A stretch of DNA of 64,000 nucleotides from Patescibacteria group bacterium. Its GTDB lineage: Bacteria; Patescibacteriota; CPR2; UBA1875; CAIMLA01. Shown in pieces: positions 48,292 through 58,918 of the stretch; position 1 is the stretch's first letter, and each line of letters begins with the position of its first letter. The translations under genes and the position numbers were made by a program. The notes beneath the pieces were generated by a model that worked only from the letters and a program-made list of their open reading frames with translations, was not told the origin of the DNA and searched no databases. Location: the NCBI GenBank assembly GCA_041738615.1, contig JBGSPL010000004.1:65203-129202 (forward strand), read 5' to 3'.

Positions 48292-48494
48292 GGGACAATT
48301 GCCCAAAAATATAAGAGGTTTTGCCGCATTAGTGGGGAAGCCTCTTTTATATTGTGGAACTGGTCATAAAAAGTAGTATTACAAAGCTAGTTTGTGTATA
48401 ATATTTATAGCGAATAGGAGGGCTAACTATAGCCAAAAAGAAGTCGAAAATCAGGCACGCTCTCGGGCTTCTGCGTTTTCATACTACACTTCGG

Positions 48495-51400
48495 TTGCAC
48501 CAACACGCATCGAAGATTTCTTGGTATAGAAAGTGGCATGATTTTCGCTATGCACACCATGTGCATGTTGCGGCTCTGATTGGGTATGTGATTGCCCTCG
48601 GCGTATTTCTCGGGGCAAATTATTATATCGCTCCGGGCAAGGCATTCGCTGCCAACGGTAACTTTAGCCAAACGACTTTCAGTGGATCTGATGGAACTTA
48701 TACCAACACAACACCTATCAACTCCGGTGCGGATGTGGCCCTGAACCCGGTGCTTTCTAACGCCGGAGGCTCGGGCTGGCTTTATAAAAGACCAATCACT
48801 GTGACTAACGGATCTGGTGGTCCCCTGACAGATTATCCGGTAGCGGTTACTCCGTTTAGCGACTCGACCTTTGTAAACAACACCAGCCTTAACGGATCGT
48901 GGCATTTTTCGGAAGGAGCGGGCACCACTACCGTAGATAAATCCGGGAACGTCAATTCCGGCACTATGAATGGCACTAGCTACTGGACAGCCGGGGCCAC
49001 CGATGGGAAATCGGGCTATGGTTTTAACGCCGTGGCTGCTAACAGCAACTTTGTGAATGTCCCTGATAGCACGAACTTGAAATTCGGAACTGGTAATTTT
49101 TCAGTTTCGGCCTGGGTTAAGCAAACCAATACCACGGGGACACAGAATATAGTAACGAAAGGCGTTTCAGGATCGGGCATCTCCTACCTTCCAATCTATC
49201 AACTTGCCATTGTTGGTGGTAAAGTGTCGGCCTATGTTGACGGTAATAATGCTAGCGGACAGCATTACGCTTCATGCACTGGTGCAACAACCTTATCAAC
49301 GGGGACTTGGAACTTGGTCACCCTAGTTAGGACTGGCGCAACAATCTCTACTTATTTGAACGGAAATGCAACCGCAGAATGTTCTTATACCGCTGTTGCT
49401 TCAACCGGCAGTTCAGATACTACTGAGCCACTAATGATAGGCAGGGAACGACATACCAGCGCGGGTTATCGGAACTATTTCAATGGAGTAATAGACGATG
49501 TAAAGGTTTATGGACGGGCTTTGGCCGGAGCTGAAGCCGCGGTTAATTATGGAGCCACTGGAACAACTAAGATTCGCACCGATTTCCAGGACATTAGGTT
49601 CGCTAACTCGGTGACGGGGGTGGAATATCCTTATTGGCAAGAAAATGACGGAAAATTTTGGGTTAAGGTCAACAGCTTACCGAATGGCACGAACACTAAT
49701 TTTTTGAATATGTATTATGGAAACGCTAGCGCTACCCCGACGAGTAATGGTTCCAATATTTTTGCACTCTATGATGATTTCGAAAGTTACGGAATCGGTG
49801 CATTGGGCACCCAGGGGGGCTGGGTTAGTTCAGCTGGGACCAACGGCTTTGCCAATGTAGTAGCCGGAAAATATTTTGACTCGGGAATCACTAGTGGTAC
49901 TGACGGTCAGGATGGAACGGCAAGCCATGCTATTACGGCTATGAATGCGGGGGAAGTATCCTATCGTTTTAAAAGGGATAGTACGAGTAACAATTATAGC
50001 TATTTCGTGTTATCAGAAGGTGCCACCGCGCGGTTTCAAATAGTAGGAAGCAACAGTGGGGAGATTAAATATATTGGTGGTGCTTACCCTTGGACATCAC
50101 TGTCACCAGTTACGAACTGGGTTAATGGAACGTGGTATACAATTACCGTTAAATGGTATAGCAATAGTACGGCAGATATATATGTGAATGGTGTCCTGAA
50201 GAAAACTGCAGCGGCATTTGGCACATCTATGGTTACGGCTATTGATAAAGTTACGTTTACGACTAGCAGCAGCGGTGATCCGCACTCCATTCATTTGGGA
50301 ACGGATGATGTAAGAGTTCGAAAGGCCACGACAACGGAGCCGACCCATACAGCCCCGGGCACAGAGGTTGCAGCCTATAATACTACCGGCTCATATACGA
50401 CCGCCGTCCAGGCTCCTGCCGGAGTCTATAACTGGGGCGCACTTACTTATACAAAAACTACTCCTGGTTCTTCGACGGCAACAATCGACGTTTTGAACGG
50501 CACAAACGATGCTGTTATTTCATCTAATGTGGCCAGTGGGACTAATCTCAACCTATCTGGGCTGACATACCCCTCATTGAAAATAAAGGTGAATTACACG
50601 ACCTCTGCAGTCGGTAACATCCCGACCCTTAGTCAGTGGGACCTGGTTTATAGCGCAGACACTACCCCGCCAAGTGTCCCAACCGGGTTAACGATAGGGA
50701 CAGCAACTTCTAGCGCAATACCCCTTACATGGTCTGGCGCAACAGATGGCGAATCTGGGGTCCTCGGATATGAGATTTCAAGAGCGCCAGACTCGGCTGG
50801 TAATCCTGGCACCTGGGCGGCGGTGGCTACTGATTCTCCTTGCTATGGAGCAGCAGGAGTTTTGAATGCTATAAGCTGCACGGATAGCTCAGTTTCCACC
50901 CCCTTATTATCGAATTCTAAATATTTCTACCGAGTGAGGGCAAAGGATAATGCTGGTAATTTTTCTGGTTATTCTGGGGAGCAAAATGTTGATGCGAGTA
51001 CAGTGGGGCTTTGGCATCTGAATGAAGGTACGGGAGCAACAACGGCAGATTCGAGTGGTATTAATCAAACAGGGACAATGAACGGCACTAGTTATTGGAC
51101 TACTGGAAAGGTGGGTGGTGGACTCGCGGCTAACACAAATAATAACACTTCAGTTACTAGCACCGCAGCTTTAAAGCCCTCAAATTTTACAGTCGAAGCT
51201 TGGTTTTATGCTACCAGTGACCAAAATAGTAAAATTTTAGTTTCAAAATATGCTGCTCTCCCAGCTGACTATGAAATATCAATAGATGTAAACGATTACC
51301 TGAACGTAAGGTCTGATACCGCAGGATCAGTCGCTTACTATGCAACAGACAATGTCGTCTTTACAAATTATTTGAATGGCTGGCACCATGTTGCCGGGAC

Positions 51401-54400
51401 TTATGATACTGATAACAAGCTTAGGTTATACGTTGATGGTCAGTTAAAAGGCACAAGCGCGGCCTTTACCAGGGCGAATTCAAGAACTGATTTACTTACG
51501 TTTGGAAGAAGGGCTTACGCAGGTGCCGAATCACCTTTTACGGGTAAAATCGACGAGGTTCGGATCTCGAACACAGCTCGTTCGGCAGCCGATATCCTAG
51601 CCTATTACACTGAATCAAACCCACAGCCAAAATCTACCACTACTCTTCCTGGTGTTCCGACGGCTTTTACGGGTAGTGCAGTTTCGACATCGGCAATCAA
51701 TATGACTTGGTCAGCTCCAGCTGGAGGTGCGGATCACTATCATGTGAAGTACTCTGGCGATGGTTACGCTTCAAATATTTATAACAATGCTACGGCTGCC
51801 TTTGATGATACTGGCAGGGGTGCCAATACATCATATACATACCGTCTCTACTCGGTAAATGCTAGCGGGGCGGAGTCAGATACCTACTCTGAAATAACCA
51901 AATCTACCTGGGTAAATGCTCCCGTCAATCAAACGGCCACTACTGTCTCTAATACTCAAATTAATCTAGCTTGGGAAGCAGGCGCTAACGGTGCGAACCA
52001 TTACCACGTTCGTTCGTCGTCAGATGCTTATGCTACGCTCAAATATGACAATACTACAGCGAGCTGGAATGAAAGCGGTCTCACGGGCAATACGGCCTAC
52101 ACTTATCGTATCTACGCCGTCAGTGTCGATAATGTCGAAAATACTAGCTATGTGACAGCTACCAACACCACACTTACGAACACACCAGTGTTAGCTGCTC
52201 AAACTACTCCGACCAATGATAATACCCCACAGATTCATTCTACGACCATAGATAGTTCCGCCGCGAACCGCACAGTTAAGCTATACCAAGGGGCATCTCT
52301 GGTGGCTACCACTACAGCTGCCGCCAACGGTACCTTTACCTTTGCCAACGGAGACTGGGGCGCCAACACACTGGCCGATGGAGTGTATACCGATCTTGTT
52401 GCGAAATCAGTTAATAGTGCCGGGCAGGAAAGCGTGGCTTCTGTTGCTCTAAACTTGCCGACTGGGTTATTGATAGATACTCATGCACCGTCTTCTAGCG
52501 TAACCAATAATCCTACGCTTCCCGGAGACCACAACGGCTATTTTGTTACAAACCCTGTGATTACCCTCACTGCCATAGACGATGCCCCTTCAAGCGGAAC
52601 AACAGTTCACTACCGTTGGGGAGCCGACGCTTTTGCTACTTATTCTGGAACGATCAGTATCCCGGCACAAGGCGAGAACACACTCAACTGGTATGCGACC
52701 GACGGTGCCGGCAACATCGAGAGCACGCACACGGAAACATACATGTTGGATAGCGTGAAGCCTGCTGGTAACATTTCTTTCCAATACGAGTATGCTCATT
52801 TCGATCCAGAGCTACTAATTCTCGACGCGAGTGATGATACGAGCGGTGTAGATAGTGTACGGTTGTCCAACGACGGAGTAACATTTTGTACGATTCCCTA
52901 CACTCAATACATTCAGTGGAATTTCTCCGGGCTGATTACCGATGATCCGTATATATATGGCGCTGATTGCGGTATGAACTATGGAGGTGAGGGGGCCAAT
53001 ACTATTTACTTTAGTTTTGTAGACGGGGCCCTGAACGTAAGTGACACACAGACCGTTTCGATCATCCTAGATAGCATTGAGCCAGTGAACCCTACAGCTA
53101 CAGTTACGGCAACGCCAGCAGGAGGTGCAAACGGCTGGTACAAGAGTGCTGCGCCAACCTTTACTTTAACCGGTGCTTCTGACGCGACAAGCGGCCTAGA
53201 TGGCTACTTTGTCCTATTTACTACAGACCCATTGGCGGAACCGGTAGTAGACGGTATATATCAGGCAGTGAATCCTGGAGGTGACACTTTTACGCCTACC
53301 ATAGACCCTGCAGATTCGGGCAAGACATTTTACCTGCGTGTTCAGGCAAGAGATGGTGCTCTCAACTTGCATTGGGGTCCGGACGAAGCAAATCTGACCA
53401 TATTTACGTATAAGTATGACGGCACCAATCCCGCAGCAATCAGCTTTATTACGCCATCCCCAGCGGGCTGGAGCGCTACAAACAACTTCGATTTCGCGTG
53501 GCCAAAGACGAGCGATATAGACAGCAATGGCGCCTCCTCGGGTATGGATGGTTATCTCTACCGTCGTAAGCTAGCTGCAGACAGCGATACCTATGAGAGT
53601 TGGGATAAGGGGAGTCGTTTTGTTGCGCAACCAGCGGGTAGCACTGTGAATCTAAACGATATCGAGGCCCTGTATACTGGCCTAAACGTGATAGAGATTA
53701 AGGCGCTGGACAAGGTCGGTAATGAATCGGCCGCAAAACCTGTAAATTACTACTATTCTGGCGATATTCCGCAGCCCACGAATCTAAGTGTCGATCTTTC
53801 CCAGTCAAATAACATGACAGTAAACAGATATAACTTCAGTTGGAACGCTCCTACCGGTGTGACTCCTCAGGGCTACTATTACTCGGTGAATGCAGAGCCT
53901 GATACTCAAAACAGTACTTTTATTCCTTATAATGAGGGTGGTAGTACGAGTACCGGATTTGCGGCTTTTGCCACGAAGACAGGGCTTAACAAGTTTTATG
54001 TAGTGACTAAAGCGAATGACATGGTTGGTTGGACCAACTTTGAGATGGCCGAGTTTACCTGTAACACCTCGGCGCCAGGGATTCCGACTGGTGTGATGAT
54101 AACGGATTCCTCGAGTCGCGATAGCGAACGATGGCAACTTACCGTAAATTGGGATCAGCCAGCTCAGATTTCCACTGATTTCAATGGTTATGCCATCGAG
54201 CGGAGCACCGATGGGACGAATTTCTCCGAGATCGCGACCACGGGTGAAAATACAACTGGCTATTTGGATACAAATTTGCTAAACGTTTCTACCTATTATT
54301 ATAGAGTGAAGTCGAGAGACAATACGGGTAATAAATCGCCAGCATCCACTGTCGTTTCGCGTCAGCCCACTGGTCGCTATACTGAGCCTCCAAAGATGAT

Positions 54401-55604
54401 AGGGGACCCAAAGATAGAGGTCCAGGCAACCAAAGCAATCATCGACTTTACTACAGAACGCGATGCCGACTCCTTTGTACAGGTCGGGACAACAACAACC
54501 TATGGTATGACTCAGGGGCAGCTCGATAGCACTAGCAGCCATACCGTGAATCTATCCGGACTCACCCCCGGAGTCTTCTACCACTATCGTGCTATGTGGC
54601 GTGATATAGACGGGAACATCGGCTACAGCAAGGACTATACATTCAAGACCCAGGATGCGCCTGGTATTTCGGAGGTAAATGTCAGTAGTATTGGTCTCAC
54701 GAGTGCTATCGTGAGCTGGAAGACGAATACTGTTTCCTCGTCCGTGGTCAAATATGGTAAAACAAATACTTACGGCTCTCAGGTAGAAGACAGGTCTGGC
54801 TCTGGCGTCACAGTTCATGTGGTGAAAATAGACGGTCTCAACGACTCTACTACTTACCATTTTAAAATTTCAGGCACCGATACAGACGGCAATGGACTCA
54901 GTAGCGACGATTATTCGTTTGAGACCCTCACCTTCCCACGAGTTTCAGATGTCAAGATTACCCAAAAGGCCGACGAGGTTACCTCGACGATTGTTGTTAC
55001 TTGGTCTACAAATGTACCGACAGACTCAGTAGTGAACTACTCTGGAGGCGGCACAAACAAGGAATCATCCAAGGCACTGCTAGAGCAAAAACATAGCATT
55101 ACCGTGGGTAATCTACGCGACAACACCGCATACACCATCAGTGTCGGGGGCAGAGACGCATACGGTAATCAGGCCGAGGGCGGCAGTGCCAGCTACAAGA
55201 CAGCGTTTGATACCAGACCACCACAGATCACAGCGATTACGACTGAGACCTCGATAGTGGGCTTTGGTATCGATGCAAAGGGTCAGGTCATAGTTTCATG
55301 GGAAACCGACGAACCTAGTACTTCTCAAGTAGAGTACGGCGTAGGAGTCTCTGGAGACGACTATTCGCAGAAGACACAGGAGGATACGGGTCTTACTACC
55401 ACCCATGTCGTCGTTATGTCTGGTCTCAAGCCATCGACTTCTTACCATTTCCAGGTAGTATCCAAGGATGCTTCGGGCAACACCGCAAGCTCCGAGGATA
55501 CCTCGTTTCTTACCGACCAGGCGAGCTCTTCTGTGCTCGATATCATCGTCAATTCGCTGCAATCAACAATTGGCTGGATTTTCGGCTCATTCGCTAGGAG
55601 GTAA
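48495..55604 (+). CDS. giant (2369 aa) secreted multidomain surface protein: signal/TM anchor, DUF2341 with inserted LamG jelly-roll, second LamG, at least 8 FN3-like modules, Ig-like domain; exact start uncertain (TTG 48495; in-frame SD aggaggg at 48416)
   Basis: GWLYKRPITVTNG...DYPVAVT and TKIRTDFQDIRFANSVTGVEYPYWQENDGKFWVKVNSLPNGTNTNFLNMYYGN = DUF2341 halves; LamG signatures GTMNGTSYWT.G and LYVDGQLKGT...GKIDEVRIS; FN3 motifs with conserved W and YxYR(V/L)xAxD. Confidence 0.8.
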   Translation: MHQHASKISWYRKWHDFRYAHHVHVAALIGYVIALGVFLGANYYIAPGKAFAANGNFSQTTFSGSDGTYTNTTPINSGADVALNPVLSNAGGSGWLYKRPITVTNGSGGPLTDYPVAVTPFSDSTFVNNTSLNGSWHFSEGAGTTTVDKSGNVNSGTMNGTSYWTAGATDGKSGYGFNAVAANSNFVNVPDSTNLKFGTGNFSVSAWVKQTNTTGTQNIVTKGVSGSGISYLPIYQLAIVGGKVSAYVDGNNASGQHYASCTGATTLSTGTWNLVTLVRTGATISTYLNGNATAECSYTAVASTGSSDTTEPLMIGRERHTSAGYRNYFNGVIDDVKVYGRALAGAEAAVNYGATGTTKIRTDFQDIRFANSVTGVEYPYWQENDGKFWVKVNSLPNGTNTNFLNMYYGNASATPTSNGSNIFALYDDFESYGIGALGTQGGWVSSAGTNGFANVVAGKYFDSGITSGTDGQDGTASHAITAMNAGEVSYRFKRDSTSNNYSYFVLSEGATARFQIVGSNSGEIKYIGGAYPWTSLSPVTNWVNGTWYTITVKWYSNSTADIYVNGVLKKTAAAFGTSMVTAIDKVTFTTSSSGDPHSIHLGTDDVRVRKATTTEPTHTAPGTEVAAYNTTGSYTTAVQAPAGVYNWGALTYTKTTPGSSTATIDVLNGTNDAVISSNVASGTNLNLSGLTYPSLKIKVNYTTSAVGNIPTLSQWDLVYSADTTPPSVPTGLTIGTATSSAIPLTWSGATDGESGVLGYEISRAPDSAGNPGTWAAVATDSPCYGAAGVLNAISCTDSSVSTPLLSNSKYFYRVRAKDNAGNFSGYSGEQNVDASTVGLWHLNEGTGATTADSSGINQTGTMNGTSYWTTGKVGGGLAANTNNNTSVTSTAALKPSNFTVEAWFYATSDQNSKILVSKYAALPADYEISIDVNDYLNVRSDTAGSVAYYATDNVVFTNYLNGWHHVAGTYDTDNKLRLYVDGQLKGTSAAFTRANSRTDLLTFGRRAYAGAESPFTGKIDEVRISNTARSAADILAYYTESNPQPKSTTTLPGVPTAFTGSAVSTSAINMTWSAPAGGADHYHVKYSGDGYASNIYNNATAAFDDTGRGANTSYTYRLYSVNASGAESDTYSEITKSTWVNAPVNQTATTVSNTQINLAWEAGANGANHYHVRSSSDAYATLKYDNTTASWNESGLTGNTAYTYRIYAVSVDNVENTSYVTATNTTLTNTPVLAAQTTPTNDNTPQIHSTTIDSSAANRTVKLYQGASLVATTTAAANGTFTFANGDWGANTLADGVYTDLVAKSVNSAGQESVASVALNLPTGLLIDTHAPSSSVTNNPTLPGDHNGYFVTNPVITLTAIDDAPSSGTTVHYRWGADAFATYSGTISIPAQGENTLNWYATDGAGNIESTHTETYMLDSVKPAGNISFQYEYAHFDPELLILDASDDTSGVDSVRLSNDGVTFCTIPYTQYIQWNFSGLITDDPYIYGADCGMNYGGEGANTIYFSFVDGALNVSDTQTVSIILDSIEPVNPTATVTATPAGGANGWYKSAAPTFTLTGASDATSGLDGYFVLFTTDPLAEPVVDGIYQAVNPGGDTFTPTIDPADSGKTFYLRVQARDGALNLHWGPDEANLTIFTYKYDGTNPAAISFITPSPAGWSATNNFDFAWPKTSDIDSNGASSGMDGYLYRRKLAADSDTYESWDKGSRFVAQPAGSTVNLNDIEALYTGLNVIEIKALDKVGNESAAKPVNYYYSGDIPQPTNLSVDLSQSNNMTVNRYNFSWNAPTGVTPQGYYYSVNAEPDTQNSTFIPYNEGGSTSTGFAAFATKTGLNKFYVVTKANDMVGWTNFEMAEFTCNTSAPGIPTGVMITDSSSRDSERWQLTVNWDQPAQISTDFNGYAIERSTDGTNFSEIATTGENTTGYLDTNLLNVSTYYYRVKSRDNTGNKSPASTVVSRQPTGRYTEPPKMIGDPKIEVQATKAIIDFTTERDADSFVQVGTTTTYGMTQGQLDSTSSHTVNLSGLTPGVFYHYRAMWRDIDGNIGYSKDYTFKTQDAPGISEVNVSSIGLTSAIVSWKTNTVSSSVVKYGKTNTYGSQVEDRSGSGVTVHVVKIDGLNDSTTYHFKISGTDTDGNGLSSDDYSFETLTFPRVSDVKITQKADEVTSTIVVTWSTNVPTDSVVNYSGGGTNKESSKALLEQKHSITVGNLRDNTAYTISVGGRDAYGNQAEGGSASYKTAFDTRPPQITAITTETSIVGFGIDAKGQVIVSWETDEPSTSQVEYGVGVSGDDYSQKTQEDTGLTTTHVVVMSGLKPSTSYHFQVVSKDASGNTASSEDTSFLTDQASSSVLDIIVNSLQSTIGWIFGSFARR

Positions 55605-55606
55605 GT

Positions 55607-56365
55607 GTGAAAAAGCATCCTATCATTTCGGTAAATAATCTGCACAAGACCTTCCATGTTGGTAAGACAGACATTGAAGTTCTAAAGAACATTGACCTTG
55701 ATATATATGAGGGAGAGTTCGTGATAATACTGGGCCCCTCTGGGTGTGGGAAGTCGACTCTGCTAAACACGATTATCGGTCTTGAGGCACCTACTTCTGG
55801 CTCAGTTACTATCAGGAAACAAAACGTCTTCGGGAATACTACATCGGATCAACGTTCCATTTTTCGTAGGAAGAATATAGGGATGGTGTATCAGCAATCA
55901 AACTGGATGCAGTCTCTCAACGTTTTCGAGAACGTGGAGTTTCCACTCCGAATGACAAAACTGCGGAACGCTAGCATAAAAAAACGTGCTCATAACATCC
56001 TTGACCTTATGGGGATGAGCGAATACGAAAAGTATAAGCCTACGGAGCTCTCCGGAGGTCAGCAACAGCGCGTAAGTATGGCCAGGGCGCTAGTCACCAA
56101 TCCCCTTATTATCGTAGCTGACGAACCAACGGGAAACTTGGATACCATCACGGCGGCTGATGTAATGAGCATCTTTAAGTATATAAATGACGAATCTCAC
56201 CGCACCGTCATAATGGTCACACACAATCTGGACTACGAAAAGTATGCAAACAAGGTGGTCTATATGAGGGACGGGGCAATAGAGAAGATCAAAGATACCA
56301 GAAAGGCAGTACAGTCGGGGGCAGAAGGCAAGAAGGATCTTTTGGAAATGGCATTGGAGATGTAA
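55607..56365 (+). CDS. ABC transporter ATP-binding protein (MacB/LolD-type), 3 nt downstream of giant protein gene
   Basis: [34 protein letters not shown]. Confidence 0.9.
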   Translation: MKKHPIISVNNLHKTFHVGKTDIEVLKNIDLDIYEGEFVIILGPSGCGKSTLLNTIIGLEAPTSGSVTIRKQNVFGNTTSDQRSIFRRKNIGMVYQQSNWMQSLNVFENVEFPLRMTKLRNASIKKRAHNILDLMGMSEYEKYKPTELSGGQQQRVSMARALVTNPLIIVADEPTGNLDTITAADVMSIFKYINDESHRTVIMVTHNLDYEKYANKVVYMRDGAIEKIKDTRKAVQSGAEGKKDLLEMALEM

Positions 56366-57561
56366 TGAAGAATAGATATATTATACTACTAGCATTCAAA
56401 AATCTGATTAGTCACAAAATGAGGACAATACTCACGGCTGGGGGAGTCGCCATTTCTGTAGGCTTCGTAGTCTTCTTGGTCACTCTGGGTCTCGGGCTGC
56501 AACGAATCTCGACAAATCAGATAGCAAACCTAGACGCACTGCGAAACCTTACGGTTACATCCGGCAAGTCGAAGATAGTAAGCATAAACGACGAGACCCT
56601 TGGGAAGTTCTCTACGCTCAGTAATGTGGTAGATGTACAGTCTTCGTTTAGCAACCCGGCTAGCATCTCCTATAATGGTTCCAATATTGATAGTGTCGTC
56701 TACGGTAAGAGTGCGGAATATATCAAACTCGAAGCCCCAAAGTTTGAAGTTAACGGAAAGTATACAAGCAACAATGCAGATGAGGTGATATTGAGCAGTG
56801 AATTGCTGAATCAGCTTGGAGTAAAGAGTGCCAATTCATTGATTGGGAAGCAGGTGGATCTCGTTACTACGATCAAGAGAGCGGATCTCGGAGCGAATTC
56901 CGAATCAAAGAAACTAAGTTATCAGCTCAAGGTCGTAGGAGTAATAGACGATAAGAATGCTCCATATGCATATATGCCTGCAAATTTGCTTACACGAGAC
57001 GGCCTAAAGAATTATTCGGGAGCCCTGGTCCGAGTGAACGACAAGTCGGATGTAGATAAGGTCAAAACAGAAGTTGAAAACTTGGGTTTTAAAACAGCTT
57101 CCGTAAAGGAAACTGTAGATCAAATCAATCAGTTCTTTAGTGTTTTTCAGATTATCCTTCTGTCCTTCGGGGCAATTTCGATAATCGTCGCCTGTTTGGG
57201 TGTTTTTAATACCCTAACCATCTCCCTGCTCGAGAAAACACGAGAAGTTGGTTTTATGAAAGCGATGGGCGCCACGAAGCCAGATATCTATAAGTTATTT
57301 ATTTCAGAGTCCCTAATTATCGGCGTGCTAGGTAGCGGCGCAGGGCTTATATTCGGTTTCACTGTGGGTAATGTCCTGAACCTCAGTATTTCTGGCCTCG
57401 CCAAAGCTACAGGTAACGTCGCTGTTGAGCTTTTTTATGCCCCTATTTATCTCGCAGCGATAATTGTAGCAATAGCGCTTCTTATAAGCCTCCTTACCGG
57501 TCTATATCCTTCGTTCAGAGCCGCTAAGATAAATCCGCTAGACGCACTTCGTTACGAATAA
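56365..57561 (+). CDS. ABC transporter permease, FtsX/MacB family (paralog of 29867..31054)
   Basis: Same architecture and terminal NPLDALRYE as the other permease; start overlaps ATPase stop. Confidence 0.85.
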   Translation: MKNRYIILLAFKNLISHKMRTILTAGGVAISVGFVVFLVTLGLGLQRISTNQIANLDALRNLTVTSGKSKIVSINDETLGKFSTLSNVVDVQSSFSNPASISYNGSNIDSVVYGKSAEYIKLEAPKFEVNGKYTSNNADEVILSSELLNQLGVKSANSLIGKQVDLVTTIKRADLGANSESKKLSYQLKVVGVIDDKNAPYAYMPANLLTRDGLKNYSGALVRVNDKSDVDKVKTEVENLGFKTASVKETVDQINQFFSVFQIILLSFGAISIIVACLGVFNTLTISLLEKTREVGFMKAMGATKPDIYKLFISESLIIGVLGSGAGLIFGFTVGNVLNLSISGLAKATGNVAVELFYAPIYLAAIIVAIALLISLLTGLYPSFRAAKINPLDALRYE

Positions 57562-57589
57562 GAAAAAGAGGCCCCTTGGCCTCTTTTTC
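57562..57589. terminator. bidirectional intrinsic terminator
   Basis: gaggcc-cctt-ggcctc followed by ttttt. Confidence 0.8.
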
Positions 57590-58510
57590 TTATTCTTTGT
57601 AGATTTTTGCGGCCTGCTCGGGTGGTATTGAATTTATGATAACACCAGTACCGAGCTCTAGGCCTGCCCAGATGTTTGGACGAGGAGAGAGCTTCAGGTG
57701 AGTGTGGTAATCTTCATGATTGACGGCGTTTTCGAAAAAGTAATTATAAGCGATACCTAGCTCATCGAGCTTTGCGAGGACAATCTTCATTGCAGTTGCT
57801 AGCGATTCTTTTTCTGGTTTGGTGAGTTCAGAAAAGGTGGCTATATGCCGTTTGGGGATGAACCAGGCGCCGTAAGGAGAGTCACTGGCATAAGGTGCAA
57901 GGACAAAGAGATTCTCATCCTCCCAGATCACGCGGCTGCTGTCCTTCTCTTTCTCAATAATGTCGCAGTAGGGGCAGTTTACGTGCTCTAGGCGGTACTC
58001 ATTGTACGCCTTGGCCTCTTCCTCCACTTTCGGCGGTACGATGGGCAGAGCGATGATCTGTGTATGTGAGTGGGACACAGAGGCACCAGCTTTACCGCCC
58101 TCGTTCTTAAAGACGATAACATGTTTTACCTTTGGCATATTCCTGAGAGCCTCGAAGCGGTTTATACAGGCATCTAGGATATTTACAACGTGGCTGACTG
58201 CGAGCTCCTGCAACTCCTTGCAGTGGTCTCGAGTCTCTATGAGGACTTCTTGTTGTCCAAAGGCTCGTGAGTTCTCGACAGAGAGTGCGCTAAACTTGTT
58301 TATCACAGAAATAACGTCCCATTTGCCATCGCTATTCTTGTGTTCGTAGGTAACCACTTCGTCCTCGGACAGGTTTTGGGGGCAAAAAAAGCAATCCTTA
58401 CTGCAATTATCGGCCGGCAAAGTGATTTTTTGTGGCCGTTTGTTGCGTTTAGGTGCAATTATTACGTATTTATCTAAAAAGTAATCCTTGCGAATTTCCG
58501 ATTTTTCCAT
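57590..58510 (-). CDS. galactose-1-phosphate uridylyltransferase-like (GalT/HIT superfamily); start at MEKSE
   Basis: CFFCP zinc motif, VSHSHTQIIA (HxHxQ) active site. Confidence 0.75.
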   Translation of the reverse strand: MEKSEIRKDYFLDKYVIIAPKRNKRPQKITLPADNCSKDCFFCPQNLSEDEVVTYEHKNSDGKWDVISVINKFSALSVENSRAFGQQEVLIETRDHCKELQELAVSHVVNILDACINRFEALRNMPKVKHVIVFKNEGGKAGASVSHSHTQIIALPIVPPKVEEEAKAYNEYRLEHVNCPYCDIIEKEKDSSRVIWEDENLFVLAPYASDSPYGAWFIPKRHIATFSELTKPEKESLATAMKIVLAKLDELGIAYNYFFENAVNHEDYHTHLKLSPRPNIWAGLELGTGVIINSIPPEQAAKIYKE

Positions 58511-58606
58511 GGACCCTCCAGGTACAAGTATAATCCAATGCATAAAAAAACACCACATAGGGGTGCCGAATGTAGAAATTGTTTCATTGACATTTGTCAG
58601 TTGTCT

Positions 58607-58918
58607 CTAATTTGTGAAATAAAGCACCCAGAATCCTAGGAAAGTGTAGGCGCCAAGCCAGCAGACACTGTAGATAGCAGCCTTGATACCATCTTCATTC
58701 TTACCTTCCATGAAGAGTAGTAGCGACTTCCCGAATACCAATCCTCCAACAACAGCTGCAGACAGGCAGAATAGCAGCAGGATAACAAATGGAGTCAGCA
58801 TACTGTCGGTTTCACCGAACAGTCTCGAGCCGTTTTGCATGAGTTGCGATACTAATAAAATGTATAATGCGGCACCAGAAGTGTTTCGAAGTGTCAAATA
58901 AAGCAGTTTCTTATCCAT
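58607..58918 (-). CDS. small 3-TM membrane protein, unknown
   Basis: 103-aa hydrophobic ORF. Confidence 0.4.
   Translation of the reverse strand: MDKKLLYLTLRNTSGAALYILLVSQLMQNGSRLFGETDSMLTPFVILLLFCLSAAVVGGLVFGKSLLLFMEGKNEDGIKAAIYSVCWLGAYTFLGFWVLYFTN

Noticed and set aside
48495-55604. Numerous 60-110-aa ORFs on both strands inside the giant-protein gene (e.g. 49431..49640, 50084..50348, 52590..52884, 53805..54860)
   Set aside because: All are embedded in or antisense to a continuous 7.1-kb reading frame with coherent domain architecture; none has start signals.
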